This document shows positions 32,253-42,654 of a stretch of DNA of 64,000 bases, one piece after another (positions within the stretch are counted from its first letter, which is position 1; each line of letters begins with the position of its first letter). The notes below the pieces were generated by a model. It did no database searches, was not told the origin of the DNA, and saw only the letters and a program-made list of their open reading frames with translations. Both the position numbers and the translations under genes were made by a program. This DNA comes from Wickerhamiella versatilis (lineage: Eukaryota), in contig JAQOWU010000007.1 in the NCBI GenBank assembly GCA_030867685.1, positions 496,001 through 560,000 on the forward strand. Direction: 5' to 3'.

Positions 32253-32355
32253 ACTCTCCTCCAAATCAATTTAAAAGTGCTAGAACTCACAGCTGCAATA
32301 GAAATGGTCAGTGAATCTAGCGTTGAAGTGACCAGGAATTGAAATTGCTGACTAC

Positions 32356-32730
32356 ATGCCTGCATTTGATTCAGAGGTGTCTGGCCAAATCCACGAGCTT
32401 TTTTTGCAACTTCAGCATTCCTTAACTGAAATAACTAAGAGATCAAATGTCGATCCTGCAGTGAAAATTGTTACTCGAAGCCTACTTAGGCAGGTGCAAC
32501 CAGCCACTATACTACTGAACCAAGGCGTCAGTTGGAATTCTAGTAGGGAAGCGGTCAAACAGATATTAATCGAACTCAGCGATGCTGAAATAGATTATGG
32601 GATTTTAGCCTGGGATCCGAAAGATGAGGATGTGCCTTCAATACCGGCATTGAGTCAAGATGAGAAGTGGGTGGACATATCAGACTTTTCAAACGATGAA
32701 GACTCTGAGTTATTATACCACAAGCCGTAA
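32356..32730 (+). CDS. Hypothetical protein, acidic C-terminus
   Basis: 124-aa ATG ORF filling the intergenic gap; no family recognised. Confidence 0.5.
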   Translation: MPAFDSEVSGQIHELFLQLQHSLTEITKRSNVDPAVKIVTRSLLRQVQPATILLNQGVSWNSSREAVKQILIELSDAEIDYGILAWDPKDEDVPSIPALSQDEKWVDISDFSNDEDSELLYHKP

Positions 32731-32973
32731 ATTCTTGCTTGGATGGCATAAGGTGGCTTTGACAGGATGACGTGACAGTAGCAGCTGCTACTGTCTTAAT
32801 GATGAAATGATTTATTGACGCATGTCGTTCATACTGAAATATGGAGAATAAGATAAGCGTAAATCGAAAATTGAATACTTTTGCATGTTGGTTATAAAGA
32901 TAGTTCTTATGGCGCAATGCATCTATTGAGAGTTATCATGTTTTAATCCGTGGTCAATGTATGATACTACATA

Positions 32974-33882
32974 TTATGCGAGTGCTGCTTCGCCCAATTG
33001 CGCCTTCACAGCTGGGTTTAAAAGATCAGCTGCATCGCTATGATTCAAGCTCATTTCATATGCGGCCTTTATTCTCTCCTCGTTAATGCCAATTCCTTGG
33101 CCAACCAGGGCCTGAATACAATTAGCATATCGAGAGATTGCCTGCCGCGTCGTCAGAGAAATAGGGTCATTCACATCCTTGTATATTTCTGAAGCATTGG
33201 ATTCTTGCTCCAATTTTGTAATCGAGACATCCATGGGGTTCGAGCCATCAGTAGTGGCCTTGCGAATCCAGATAAAACCATTAACACCAAGAATGAGCTC
33301 AACACCACCATCTAACCGATAGACTTGTGTTCTGAGACGTAAAACCAAAGAAGACGGAGCTTTAATTAGCATACCGTTTCGTAATTTTCCGTAGCGTAGC
33401 GATCTGGTATGTAGAGCCGCGGCACCGTCCTGAAATATTGATTGGACCTCAGCATTCAAAAGATCACCCTCTTTTAAAAATTGTCTCATTTGCAACTCAT
33501 CATCATCACTCTTACGTCTAAGAATTCCTCCTGGAAGATTCACAGAGCCCAGTTGTAGAACAGCCTCTTGCGAAGCACCGATGTCTACCTTCCACCTGCG
33601 ATTAGAAACCTCTGTGATCCTTCCAATAATATGATCTCCCACGACAGGAACATAGCGGCCATGTAGAGTTTGCACACTTAGGAGCTTGTTAACTCGTTTT
33701 ACTGTTCCCACGACACTCGAAAATGTCGCCTTCACATCATTAGAATAAGTGCCATGCCCGCGCATCCATATATTATCCTCTGTAATGAGTTCTCCTGGAG
33801 TCACAAGGCTATCCACGTTTACTTCAGGTAGGGCATCATTCTCAGACTCAGAGGAAGAACTTCTTTCATCCGAGCTAGACAT
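32974..33882 (-). CDS. RRP4: Exosome cap subunit Rrp4
   Basis: VTPGELIT, WMRGHGTY, SVNLPGGILRRKS, LHTRSLRYGKLRNG, LGVNGFIW. Confidence 0.96.
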   Translation of the reverse strand: MSSSDERSSSSESENDALPEVNVDSLVTPGELITEDNIWMRGHGTYSNDVKATFSSVVGTVKRVNKLLSVQTLHGRYVPVVGDHIIGRITEVSNRRWKVDIGASQEAVLQLGSVNLPGGILRRKSDDDELQMRQFLKEGDLLNAEVQSIFQDGAAALHTRSLRYGKLRNGMLIKAPSSLVLRLRTQVYRLDGGVELILGVNGFIWIRKATTDGSNPMDVSITKLEQESNASEIYKDVNDPISLTTRQAISRYANCIQALVGQGIGINEERIKAAYEMSLNHSDAADLLNPAVKAQLGEAALA

Positions 33883-33920
33883 TAGTTGTGTATTACGTAA
33901 AGGTGTTGGTTTTCAAGCGT

Positions 33921-35201
33921 ATGCTTGGTACGCTCAAGCCGCCCGTGAACTTGGGCATGACTACTCTTGATCGCTCTAAATTTACAACAAGCATACCATT
34001 ACTTGTAGCTCGCACCGAACCACGAAATATAGCCTTTGTGAATAAACGTTCCACAGATCTGCTCCATCTACGAGGGATCGCGCATGTGATAAAGACATCT
34101 GAAGATGAAAGAGGTATCCTATTGAATAAGTCTGATAAGCAGGAACTTTCTTCAGAGACTCTGAGTGCTCTTGAAGATGCGCACTCCCAACTCGAGCCGT
34201 ATGAACTAAAATTGGGGTACGACTACTGGACCGCGGAGGAAATTTTGCGAGCCGTTTTGCCAGAAAATTTGGAAGATGATGTGCCCAGTGGGTTCACAAT
34301 CGTCGGTCATATTGCCCATATGAATCTACGTGATTGTTTTCTACCCTGGAAGCATCTAATCGGCCAGGTTATCCTTGATAAGAACTCTTCGGTGAAAGTT
34401 GTCGTGAACAAGCTGCAAACTATTCATAACGTTTACAGAAATTTTGATATGGAGGTCTTGGCGAGTGAAGGTGAGCCTAATTTTTGGGTCGAGCAGCGTG
34501 AATCAGGATGTCGTTTTCAATTCGATTTCCGTCGCGTCTATTGGAATTCGCGGCTTCACGCTGAGCATGAAAGGCTTATCGAGAAATTTAGTCCGGGCGA
34601 TGCAGTTTGTGATCCATTCGCTGGTGTAGGTCCGTTTGCGATACCTGCGGCGAAGAAAGGTGTTTTGGCTTATGCAAACGATCTCAATCCTGATAGTTAT
34701 AAAGCTCTGGAGGTTAACGTGAAGCTAAACAAGGTTGGATCGTTTGTTCAGGCTTTTAATGAAGATGGTCGGCAGTTTATAAAAGATTCATTGAAGAGAC
34801 TTCAGTCACTTGGTGAAACTGTGGAGAGGCCAGCAAAAGCCCACAAGGGAGAGAAAGCCAAAACCGAGGTTATTAACGTGCCCCAGACCTTTGCACACTA
34901 TGTAATGAATCTTCCTGAATCCGCTATAGAATTTTTGGATGCTTTCCAAGGGCTATATCATGGATTGCCAGAACTTAAACTTCCCTGGATACATGTTCAT
35001 TGCTTCCACAAATGGGACTCTAACAAGGATGAACCAACGCTTGATGATGTAGCTACGGCTATAGCCAAGCGAATATCTGTCGCGTTGAATTACCCGTTAA
35101 GCGCTTCAGCGCTTAGTCTGCACGATGTACGCAAAGTGGCCCCAACCAAGGAGATGTATTGCGCATCTTTTGAGTTACCAAAAGAAGTGGCATACTCTTA
35201 A
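33921..35201 (+). CDS. TRM5: tRNA (guanine37-N1)-methyltransferase
   Basis: PPVN..M..LDRS.F N-terminus, GHIAHMNL, VYWNSRL..EH, DPFAGVGPFAIP, ANDLNP, YVMNLP; ATG 33921. Confidence 0.95.
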   Translation: MLGTLKPPVNLGMTTLDRSKFTTSIPLLVARTEPRNIAFVNKRSTDLLHLRGIAHVIKTSEDERGILLNKSDKQELSSETLSALEDAHSQLEPYELKLGYDYWTAEEILRAVLPENLEDDVPSGFTIVGHIAHMNLRDCFLPWKHLIGQVILDKNSSVKVVVNKLQTIHNVYRNFDMEVLASEGEPNFWVEQRESGCRFQFDFRRVYWNSRLHAEHERLIEKFSPGDAVCDPFAGVGPFAIPAAKKGVLAYANDLNPDSYKALEVNVKLNKVGSFVQAFNEDGRQFIKDSLKRLQSLGETVERPAKAHKGEKAKTEVINVPQTFAHYVMNLPESAIEFLDAFQGLYHGLPELKLPWIHVHCFHKWDSNKDEPTLDDVATAIAKRISVALNYPLSASALSLHDVRKVAPTKEMYCASFELPKEVAYS

Positions 35202-35358
35202 ACTTCTTTAGTGCAATTGAGCGCAGTTTTATCTTTAAATCGTCTCCATCATGCCAGTTTAATTTTTGCTGCCAGCCGAAAGGAAAATGATAAATGAAGA
35301 GAGAAAAAGAAATATAAGAATATGTATGTATATATATAGAGAGAGTGATAATTTCTAC

Positions 35359-37014
35359 TTACTTACTATTGGTCGAACTGGAGCATTTGTATTCCTCTTT
35401 CTCTTTCACGCTTACCCCATCGAATTCATCCACTTGCTTGTCATCCAAGGGATACTCGATAACAAAGAAGTTTATAAAAAAGGCAAACAGCGCAAGAGCT
35501 AGATATACGACAAAAACCATCCGCAGCGAATGGACCAGTGCAGCCTGTATGTCATCTTGAAGCGGTCCAGCTTCGAGTGAGCGTACAAAGCGCACCGTCT
35601 CCATGCCATCTGATGGTATGTCATAGTCCACAGTCTTCGATTTCTGTTTCATACAAGTTGAAAATACAGAACCTCCGACTGTTACACCCATTGCTTCCCC
35701 TAGTGCTCGAATAAACGACATAATCGCCGCTGCATCAGTCCATAGATGCTTGGGGGTGGGTGCCTGTATGATAGTTCCTAAGAGGGAATACAAACAGCCC
35801 AAGCCCAGTGCAGATGGGATGAAAATCCCGAACCAATCACCAACCTGTGAGTACTCGTCCAAAAGGAGCAACAACCCCAATCCACAAGACATGCACGCCC
35901 ACCCAGCTATAGATTGCCATTTGTAACGACCTGAAAAAGTGATAAGCCAACCACAAAAGATAGCAACAGGCAAAACACCAAACGCCAGGGGTAATAAGGC
36001 AACACCAGATATGACGGGTGAATATAGCAAAACGCCTTGGAAATAAAGAGGCAGGTAATAAGGAAGGCCCTCCATGAGTATTCCTTGGATAGCGGTGTGA
36101 ACAAAGGCTATGACTGCACTTCTATTGCTGAAGACTTTAACAGCAAACATGGGGAACTCAGGGATATAATGTTCATATATCCCAGCACCAACCAGCCCCA
36201 CAAACCCAAGAACAAGAGGAATGATCGCGTTCGGGGAGCTCCAGGGGAATGCGGTGCCTCCCAGGGTAAGACCTAAAACTAGGGAAGTGCTTGAACCAAC
36301 AACAAGAAACGCGCCCATATAATCAAACTTGGCGAGTTTCTCGCGTTTGGACCCTTCCGGGGGTGGTAACTTGATAGCAAATGGTGTGGCAAGAAGAGCT
36401 ACCCCACAAATAGGCACATGGATCCAAAATATCCATCGCCACTGGCCAATGCCACTGAATCCACCTCCCACGATAGGTCCTAAACCAGCCCCTAGAGACC
36501 ACATGGCACTAATCAACGAGAAGTACTGTCCACGGTACCTGAGCGGCACGTAGTCCGCAATGAATACCTCAGGAATTACCAAGGTTCCTGCGGCCCCGAT
36601 TCCTTTCATAGTCCTTCCACCCAGCATAGCAGCCATATTCGGGGCCGCAGCACAGCAGATATTCCCTGACATGAATAGCAAGAAACTTGCAATGGTAAGT
36701 GTCTGGTATCCAAAAATATCGCCAAGTGCAGCAATTGGAAGTTGCAATACCCCGGAGGCGAGCATGTACGCGTCGCCGATGAACTGGTGCATAGTGGTGG
36801 AACCATTCAACTCAGTAGCAAGTGTAGAGAGCGCAGTTGACGTCGACGTCGAATTAACACTCTCGAGAATGGTCATAATCATAAATATTGTCATCGCAGA
36901 ATAGAATTTCCAATCTGGTCGGAAACATATTGGTGGCTCGTCAGAGTCGTCCTCTGATAGAACTTCAGCCGTTGGCTTGGATGTCATATTGGAACGCCCA
37001 CCATTTTCTTCCAT
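35359..37014 (-). CDS. MFS drug:H+ antiporter (DHA2, 14-TM type)
   Basis: About 14 hydrophobic helices; GRTMKGIGAAG, LGPIVGG, WRWIFWIHVPI, FDYMG, YYLPLYFQGV. Confidence 0.9.
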   Translation of the reverse strand: MEENGGRSNMTSKPTAEVLSEDDSDEPPICFRPDWKFYSAMTIFMIMTILESVNSTSTSTALSTLATELNGSTTMHQFIGDAYMLASGVLQLPIAALGDIFGYQTLTIASFLLFMSGNICCAAAPNMAAMLGGRTMKGIGAAGTLVIPEVFIADYVPLRYRGQYFSLISAMWSLGAGLGPIVGGGFSGIGQWRWIFWIHVPICGVALLATPFAIKLPPPEGSKREKLAKFDYMGAFLVVGSSTSLVLGLTLGGTAFPWSSPNAIIPLVLGFVGLVGAGIYEHYIPEFPMFAVKVFSNRSAVIAFVHTAIQGILMEGLPYYLPLYFQGVLLYSPVISGVALLPLAFGVLPVAIFCGWLITFSGRYKWQSIAGWACMSCGLGLLLLLDEYSQVGDWFGIFIPSALGLGCLYSLLGTIIQAPTPKHLWTDAAAIMSFIRALGEAMGVTVGGSVFSTCMKQKSKTVDYDIPSDGMETVRFVRSLEAGPLQDDIQAALVHSLRMVFVVYLALALFAFFINFFVIEYPLDDKQVDEFDGVSVKEKEEYKCSSSTNSK

Positions 37015-37473
37015 TCGTTTGTTTATCGCGTAATAATAATTAGTACGTACACCTGTCTTTTTAATATACCATGGAGACTACTAAGATAACATAATCTGCC
37101 ACACCCCTGCCCCAATATTCCAGACATGTGAGCAGACTATACATATACATAGTAAGCAGAGATAAGAATAGCAGCGATGTTGCTACTTATGCTGTGTAGC
37201 TCCGTTCTTTACATACAATTGTGTAATCCTCAAGTAAGAATAGAAGAAATTTACTAACTTGTCAATATCTGTCCGTCTGTGCCGGATATAGTTTACTGAT
37301 AGTAGAGTTAAAGTTGGCGCACTGCATCTCGCATTTGAGCAACTACGAAAACCTTAGGAATTTATCCAAGCATGAATCGAATCGCGTAATCGCGTGTCGT
37401 GCTTTGCCGTTGAGCTCTTTCCCTTTCCCCGCGCATTGCGCCTCTTAGAGCCTCGGTAGGAGAAGTAGATCAC

Positions 37474-38334
37474 TTAGTGATGGTATGTGAGATATCCTTT
37501 AACATTCTTCCAGTATTCTTCGATATATTGTTGCTGTTGTGTTCGATCGGCTCCTCTTACAGCAAGATACACCCTATTGGTGATGGGCGGGTCCCACTCA
37601 CCGGGGTTGCCTGAGGCCACAACGCCACCAGCCTCTTCAAGGATGATCCAACCTGCACACACGTCCCATGCCCAACAGCCGCCTTCCCAGTAGCTATCCA
37701 AGAGCCCAGCAGCAACATGACATAAATTCAGAGCCGCGGAACCTGTGCTACGAAGACCATGCACAAAGGCGCCATCTTTGCGAGCCAACGACTCAAATGT
37801 CCGCAATTTCACCGCGAAGTTTTCGTTGTCACGATCGGATCCCCATTCAATCCCGCACAATGAGCCCTGCAAGCTCAACGGGCGAGACGCAGGTCTAAGC
37901 GGTAACCGTTCTCCGGCCAAGTATGCTCCCTTGTCCTTTACTGCCGTATAGAGTTGATCAATAAATGGGTTATAAACCACCCCCACAACAGGTTTCTTAT
38001 TTATTGCAAGTCCCAGGGAGATGCAAGCCTGGGGAAAGAAGTGCACAAAATTCGTGGTCCCATCGATAGGATCGACGATGAACGTCGGCGAATCAGTCAA
38101 TTCCGACTTCCCGGGCACAAAGGTCTCCTCTCCGACGAATTCGAAATCAGGATAGTGTGCTCTGAGTTTCTCGGAGACATGTGCCTCCACCGCTTTGTCG
38201 ACCTCAGTGACCAAGTCAACGGCATTTTTCTTATCGTCAAATTGAACATTCCCACTACGTTTCAGTATGGTCGCACCGGCCTCACGGGCTGTTTCAACCA
38301 GGAAATCCTTGACTGCCTCCAGATCGACCGCCAT
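37474..38334 (-). CDS. Inositol monophosphatase (INM1/INM2 family)
   Basis: DLVTEVD, GEE, IVDPIDGTTNFVH, RSTGSAAL, WDVCAG. Confidence 0.95.
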   Translation of the reverse strand: MAVDLEAVKDFLVETAREAGATILKRSGNVQFDDKKNAVDLVTEVDKAVEAHVSEKLRAHYPDFEFVGEETFVPGKSELTDSPTFIVDPIDGTTNFVHFFPQACISLGLAINKKPVVGVVYNPFIDQLYTAVKDKGAYLAGERLPLRPASRPLSLQGSLCGIEWGSDRDNENFAVKLRTFESLARKDGAFVHGLRSTGSAALNLCHVAAGLLDSYWEGGCWAWDVCAGWIILEEAGGVVASGNPGEWDPPITNRVYLAVRGADRTQQQQYIEEYWKNVKGYLTYHH

Positions 38335-38498
38335 AACGTGTGTTCTTAATAATGATACGACGAAATCCCTAAGGGTGTCAAAATTACAGTTACAATTTGT
38401 CTAAGAGGGTAATAAGTTATTCAATTTATACAGGTGATTCTACAGCAATAACCGTCATCTTAAACAGAAAAAGCCAAAGCCTATAGTATCATGGAATA

Positions 38499-39833
38499 TT
38501 ATATCATTTCTACGACTAGCGACCCATTAGGCCACACTGCCTCCTCTTCTCGCACCTCGTGGGCAGAGGGGGCCACAGGACGTCGCAATGCCGGACTCAT
38601 GAGCTCGAAGGGATACTCTTCGGGTACAAATGATACACTCTCCTCAGATTCCTCCTCCTCGTTTACAGGTTCTAAGGTCAAAAGAACAAAGTCATAAATA
38701 TCTCGTATGCACTGGGTTGATGAAAAGGTCCTTACTATTCTTTGGCCAGACGGGAATCTCATTGCGATTCTCGCTCCTTCCTTAGGTTCCACTGCGAGTT
38801 CTTTGGCCTTGCGCTGCTTGTAGCCTGCAAGCTGCCGCTTAGACCTGGCAATTCGATCTTCGGCTGCTATTCTCTGAGCCTCTCTTTCCCGATCCGCAGC
38901 CAAGCTGCGTTCATATGCAGAGTCCTGCTCTTCCCGCATTGCCCGGTCCGACTCGTTGCGAGAACGACTGAGCGAGAGCGCCATCAACTTCGGTGAATGG
39001 TTGTGCACCTGCTCCTCCAGCCGTCGAAGCAAGGTAAGCTTATCTGCCAGCCCGCCGTACCTAAATAATGTGGCCATGACGATGGTGCTCGATTGGGCGG
39101 TTTTCGGTGATGGTGCAGCCAAAGCTAAGAAAGGATAGCTGGATGCCTTAAGTGCAAGAGCAATTTGATACGGCTCACTCTGGAGGACCGAGCCTCCCCA
39201 AACGATAACATCTTCCCGCTTTAAGAAGTTCAACATCTCAGGTTCTAGCAGGAAATCATTGACATATGTTTTTTCATTCTGGTTCAGACCATCCGTAAAA
39301 AGCAATATCACCAAATGCTTCAGATCACGACGAGCGGCGTCAACCGCCTGCGTGTAGGTGCCAGAATACCAGGGTATCTCCTCATTAGAATAGCGCTTCG
39401 CAAACCGATGGGGAAAATCTGGTGCATCAATCGCTTGTGAATCATGGGGTCTTAACCATCTGAACAAGCTAGGAAAGATCCAGGAAAAAAGTGTCATCAC
39501 CCCGCGTTTCCCTAGCTTGAACGGGAACAACAACAGGGCAAGAACAGAGCCTGGTGTGAAAACAAAGGTTGACACACCAGGATAGACTCGGGGTAGAGTG
39601 TGCTCTGCATCCACTAAATCGCGATTAAGCTCCTCCATCAACGACACAGGCTGGCCGTTGGCGGCTGGCGCAGAAGGTTCGGCCGTTGCAGCACTTGGAC
39701 GATGCCCATCGAAATACAACGAAATTGCCGTCTCCAGATTCCACCCAGTCGCTTCAAGCATGGCCTCTGCAAGGTCAGGAGCGCCCGTGACCTCACTAAA
39801 TGAGGCTAGACGCTCGGCCTGTGGAGATGACAT
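38499..39833 (-). CDS. UBX3: UBA-UAS-UBX domain Cdc48 adaptor (FAF2/Ubx3-like)
   Basis: UBA-like WNLETAISLYF, hydrophobic hairpin, UAS domain, EEQDSAYERSLAADRE coiled coil, UBX (RFPSGQRIVRTF; WPNGSL); ATG 39833. Confidence 0.8.
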   Translation of the reverse strand: MSSPQAERLASFSEVTGAPDLAEAMLEATGWNLETAISLYFDGHRPSAATAEPSAPAANGQPVSLMEELNRDLVDAEHTLPRVYPGVSTFVFTPGSVLALLLFPFKLGKRGVMTLFSWIFPSLFRWLRPHDSQAIDAPDFPHRFAKRYSNEEIPWYSGTYTQAVDAARRDLKHLVILLFTDGLNQNEKTYVNDFLLEPEMLNFLKREDVIVWGGSVLQSEPYQIALALKASSYPFLALAAPSPKTAQSSTIVMATLFRYGGLADKLTLLRRLEEQVHNHSPKLMALSLSRSRNESDRAMREEQDSAYERSLAADREREAQRIAAEDRIARSKRQLAGYKQRKAKELAVEPKEGARIAMRFPSGQRIVRTFSSTQCIRDIYDFVLLTLEPVNEEEESEESVSFVPEEYPFELMSPALRRPVAPSAHEVREEEAVWPNGSLVVEMI

Positions 39834-40470
39834 GTAGTGCACTGACTCAGCCAAATTGAGCGACTTAGGCTTTCCCTCACCGAGACTCCTGAATTACCAT
39901 AGAAGCGATATTATATGCAGGAAATAGCTGCTAACACGCCTCACGAAGTTTAGAACACGTCAAGGTCACACTTTTAAACTGCAAGCTTACCAATTATGCA
40001 CGACGCCCACTATTCCATATAAGTCATCCCTTAAGCAGTTATTGCAGCAAAGCCGCTTCCTTTTCTATGTAGCTCGGTCAGTTAGCTCGGTTAAAATTGC
40101 TAAAAGAGCAAGCCGGTAAACTTTCTACGCGTGAACTTCCTTCGAAACGTGTCGGACAGGACCGAATGAGTCGGCCCTCACTTACTAACCCCGGGCTCCT
40201 CGGAGGCGAGCTGATTAGGTAATCAGGATGTTGGACCACCGATTCAGTCACCGTGCGTTTATACATAATAAAATTCTAGTTAAAACTACGATATCGCCGC
40301 CTATGTTCCCTCTCTTATTTTTGGATCTTCATTATGGATTACCCCAGTCGCAACAGGACCATAAGGATAAGCCTATCCATTTCCGGAGGAACCACCCCTT
40401 ACCCAAGCTCCCACGGTAACCGCAGGCGAGTGATTCAGTAATAAACGGCCTACCCGAATTTCATTTCCAT

Positions 40471-41214
40471 ATGACATTGAGGCGAACTTCGAGAAATTTC
40501 AGGATGGGCTCGAATGGCATGTTGCAAGTTAATATGCCTAATTCGGGTGCCCTTGACAAGCCCACGTCCGATCATTGGGATGTTCCCGGACATTGGCACT
40601 CAACGGCTACAGTGTTCATGCCAACACAGGGTGTCTGCTCGACAATAAGACCAAGGCGATGCTCATCTATCAATATACCACGCCGTGAGACGTGTGTAGA
40701 GCATCCTTTGAATAGCTATAGCGATGAAACAAGAGTATACTCATACGAGTCAAAGCTATACCGCCTTGCGCACAAAGCGATGCTTATTTTGTCAAAGAAG
40801 ATTATTTCAAAGGAACCAGACCCGGGCAGAATTAAGACTGGAGAGCCCGAGGTCAGGAAAACCCCAAGCACGGCCTGCAGGAACAAGGATCAAGCCGTTG
40901 ACCAAGAATGTAACGAATTGATGGAGAACTCAGAACTTAAGACCTTCAGAAAATCGGAAGTCTTATTATCGGATCATCGCCCGGCGCTTCCGCGGGTGAA
41001 TTCGGATTTTTATCGGATATACGCACTTGAACGAATAATGGCACGTAATGGAAAGCTCAAGTCCAGAATACCCCCTATTGCACTCCCGTCGCGCCCTCAC
41101 AGAAAGACATGTGATTCACGCTGTGGTATCCAGGCCCACATTGGTCGGCGCCGTTCGGGCCGCCAGTGGCGTGAATTGACCGCGACGGATTTTTCAGACC
41201 CCGAAGACGACTAA
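40471..41214 (+). CDS. Hypothetical basic protein
   Basis: 247-aa ATG ORF; the segment NSDFYRIYALE..M..NGKL looks like a conserved fungal motif, but I could not name the family. Confidence 0.6.
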   Translation: MTLRRTSRNFRMGSNGMLQVNMPNSGALDKPTSDHWDVPGHWHSTATVFMPTQGVCSTIRPRRCSSINIPRRETCVEHPLNSYSDETRVYSYESKLYRLAHKAMLILSKKIISKEPDPGRIKTGEPEVRKTPSTACRNKDQAVDQECNELMENSELKTFRKSEVLLSDHRPALPRVNSDFYRIYALERIMARNGKLKSRIPPIALPSRPHRKTCDSRCGIQAHIGRRRSGRQWRELTATDFSDPEDD

Positions 41215-41744
41215 AACAACATTTGCATATCATTGCATTATTTATTCTTAACTTTTGTATATACATAAATATATCTAGGCAATATATCTAGGCCTAGTTC
41301 TAATCTATAGCTTTTTAATGCTTTTCAGTTGTTGGGTGCGGTCCGAAGTATTGGGAATGCTAATTGGATCTCATAACACTTGACTGCAGTGTGACAAGTG
41401 GGTGCCCAGGGCCAATTATCTATGAAGTAAAGTGGCAAGAATTTTTAAATTTATGCACGATAGTCAATTAAGTTGAACCCTGTTTCCTTTCCAAAAGTCA
41501 AGCAGTAGATCAAACGAAAATTCAACTTCGTGACCAATAGTATCAACAGCAACGAACTATTTCCAAGAGTACTAAATTCGCGGTTTCTATAAAACAAATT
41601 AACAAAAAACCAACGCCTATTAATGCATTAAGATTACTGTCGGACTGGTATCTGGCCTCAAATGCAACTCTCGCATAAAAGGGTATTTCTCAGCCCATAA
41701 TATTTTGCGCTGCGGCATCGACATATAGCCTAAGCCAAGGCGCA

Positions 41745-42383
41745 TTAAAACTCTAGAGTGATCCATCCAGGCCACACCAGTTCTTCTCGCAGGACTCTAC
41801 GAAGCTGCTCGAGAATGAACTTTTCAACTTTACCCACATTTCGTAAAACGGCTCCATGGTTTGAGTTGTCACCGATCTCGGATTCAATGCGCATATTTTT
41901 TAGTACGTTTACCTCTGCACCTTCAGTGGCCATTTCGTCATTATCGTCCACGTCGCACAGGACACTAAACCTGACAAGCTTATCGAGACACGCTATAACG
42001 GTGAGTACGTGTATGTCGACACCAGTAATTCGTATACTGAGGGGTAGAGAAATGAATGATGGCGAGGGGTAATTCACCAACAGCACCGCACTAAGTGCCA
42101 TTTGCATGTCTCCCGTATATTTGACCTCCACCAACGTCTGAAAATCGAGCTCCCGCGGGATTAACTCGGGTGGTCCCTCGTAGAATTCCTCGAAAGGGTC
42201 AGACAGCGTCCGAAGGGTCAATTCGGGTGGACTGTGTCCCAAGTGAAGGGACGTAACCGCAAGACTCTGTATGAACGGTGGCAATGGAATATTCTGAAAT
42301 TGATCATGTAGGAAATCCCTTATCCTGGTCTCCATGTACCCGGCATCTTCCACCAGCTTGGCCCAGTCGAATTGGATGCTCAT
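41745..42383 (-). CDS. MDM12: ERMES subunit Mdm12 (SMP domain)
   Basis: MSIQFDW, DPFEEFYE, LLVNYPSPSFISLP, ESEIG, VLRNVGKVEKF, ELVWPGW. Confidence 0.94.
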   Translation of the reverse strand: MSIQFDWAKLVEDAGYMETRIRDFLHDQFQNIPLPPFIQSLAVTSLHLGHSPPELTLRTLSDPFEEFYEGPPELIPRELDFQTLVEVKYTGDMQMALSAVLLVNYPSPSFISLPLSIRITGVDIHVLTVIACLDKLVRFSVLCDVDDNDEMATEGAEVNVLKNMRIESEIGDNSNHGAVLRNVGKVEKFILEQLRRVLREELVWPGWITLEF

Positions 42384-42501
42384 AGCATCATGGAAGCAAT
42401 GGCTTAGTCACTGAGCAGTGACATATGAAATTAGCTTCAAAGAACTGGTTCAAATTATAATATTATTTAATAAACCAGTGAGGGCTATTTGTAAATCTAT
42501 A

Positions 42502-42603
42502 TTAGGGTCGCGTTGCGAGATACAGTTTAGGAAACTTTAGCACGTGGTGCGGTAGGAGACGTGGCAGCGCTAGCGAGATATTGATTACTAAGATATATTA
42601 GGG
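42502..42603. promoter_or_regulatory. Tbf1/telobox (TTAGGG x2) plus Cbf1 E-box (CACGTG) in the EFB1 promoter
   Basis: TTAGGG at 42502 and 42598 flank CACGTG at 42541, 50-150 bp upstream of the EFB1 ATG. Confidence 0.5.
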
Positions 42604-42654
42604 TTTTTAAAAGTATTCTCCCAGCGGGAACTTTTTTCACACGAATCTATCAAC

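Noticed and set aside
37375-37470. GC-rich stretch downstream of the inositol monophosphatase as a possible ncRNA
   Set aside because: No tRNA, snoRNA or snRNA motifs recognised; could be 3' UTR or MFS promoter elements.
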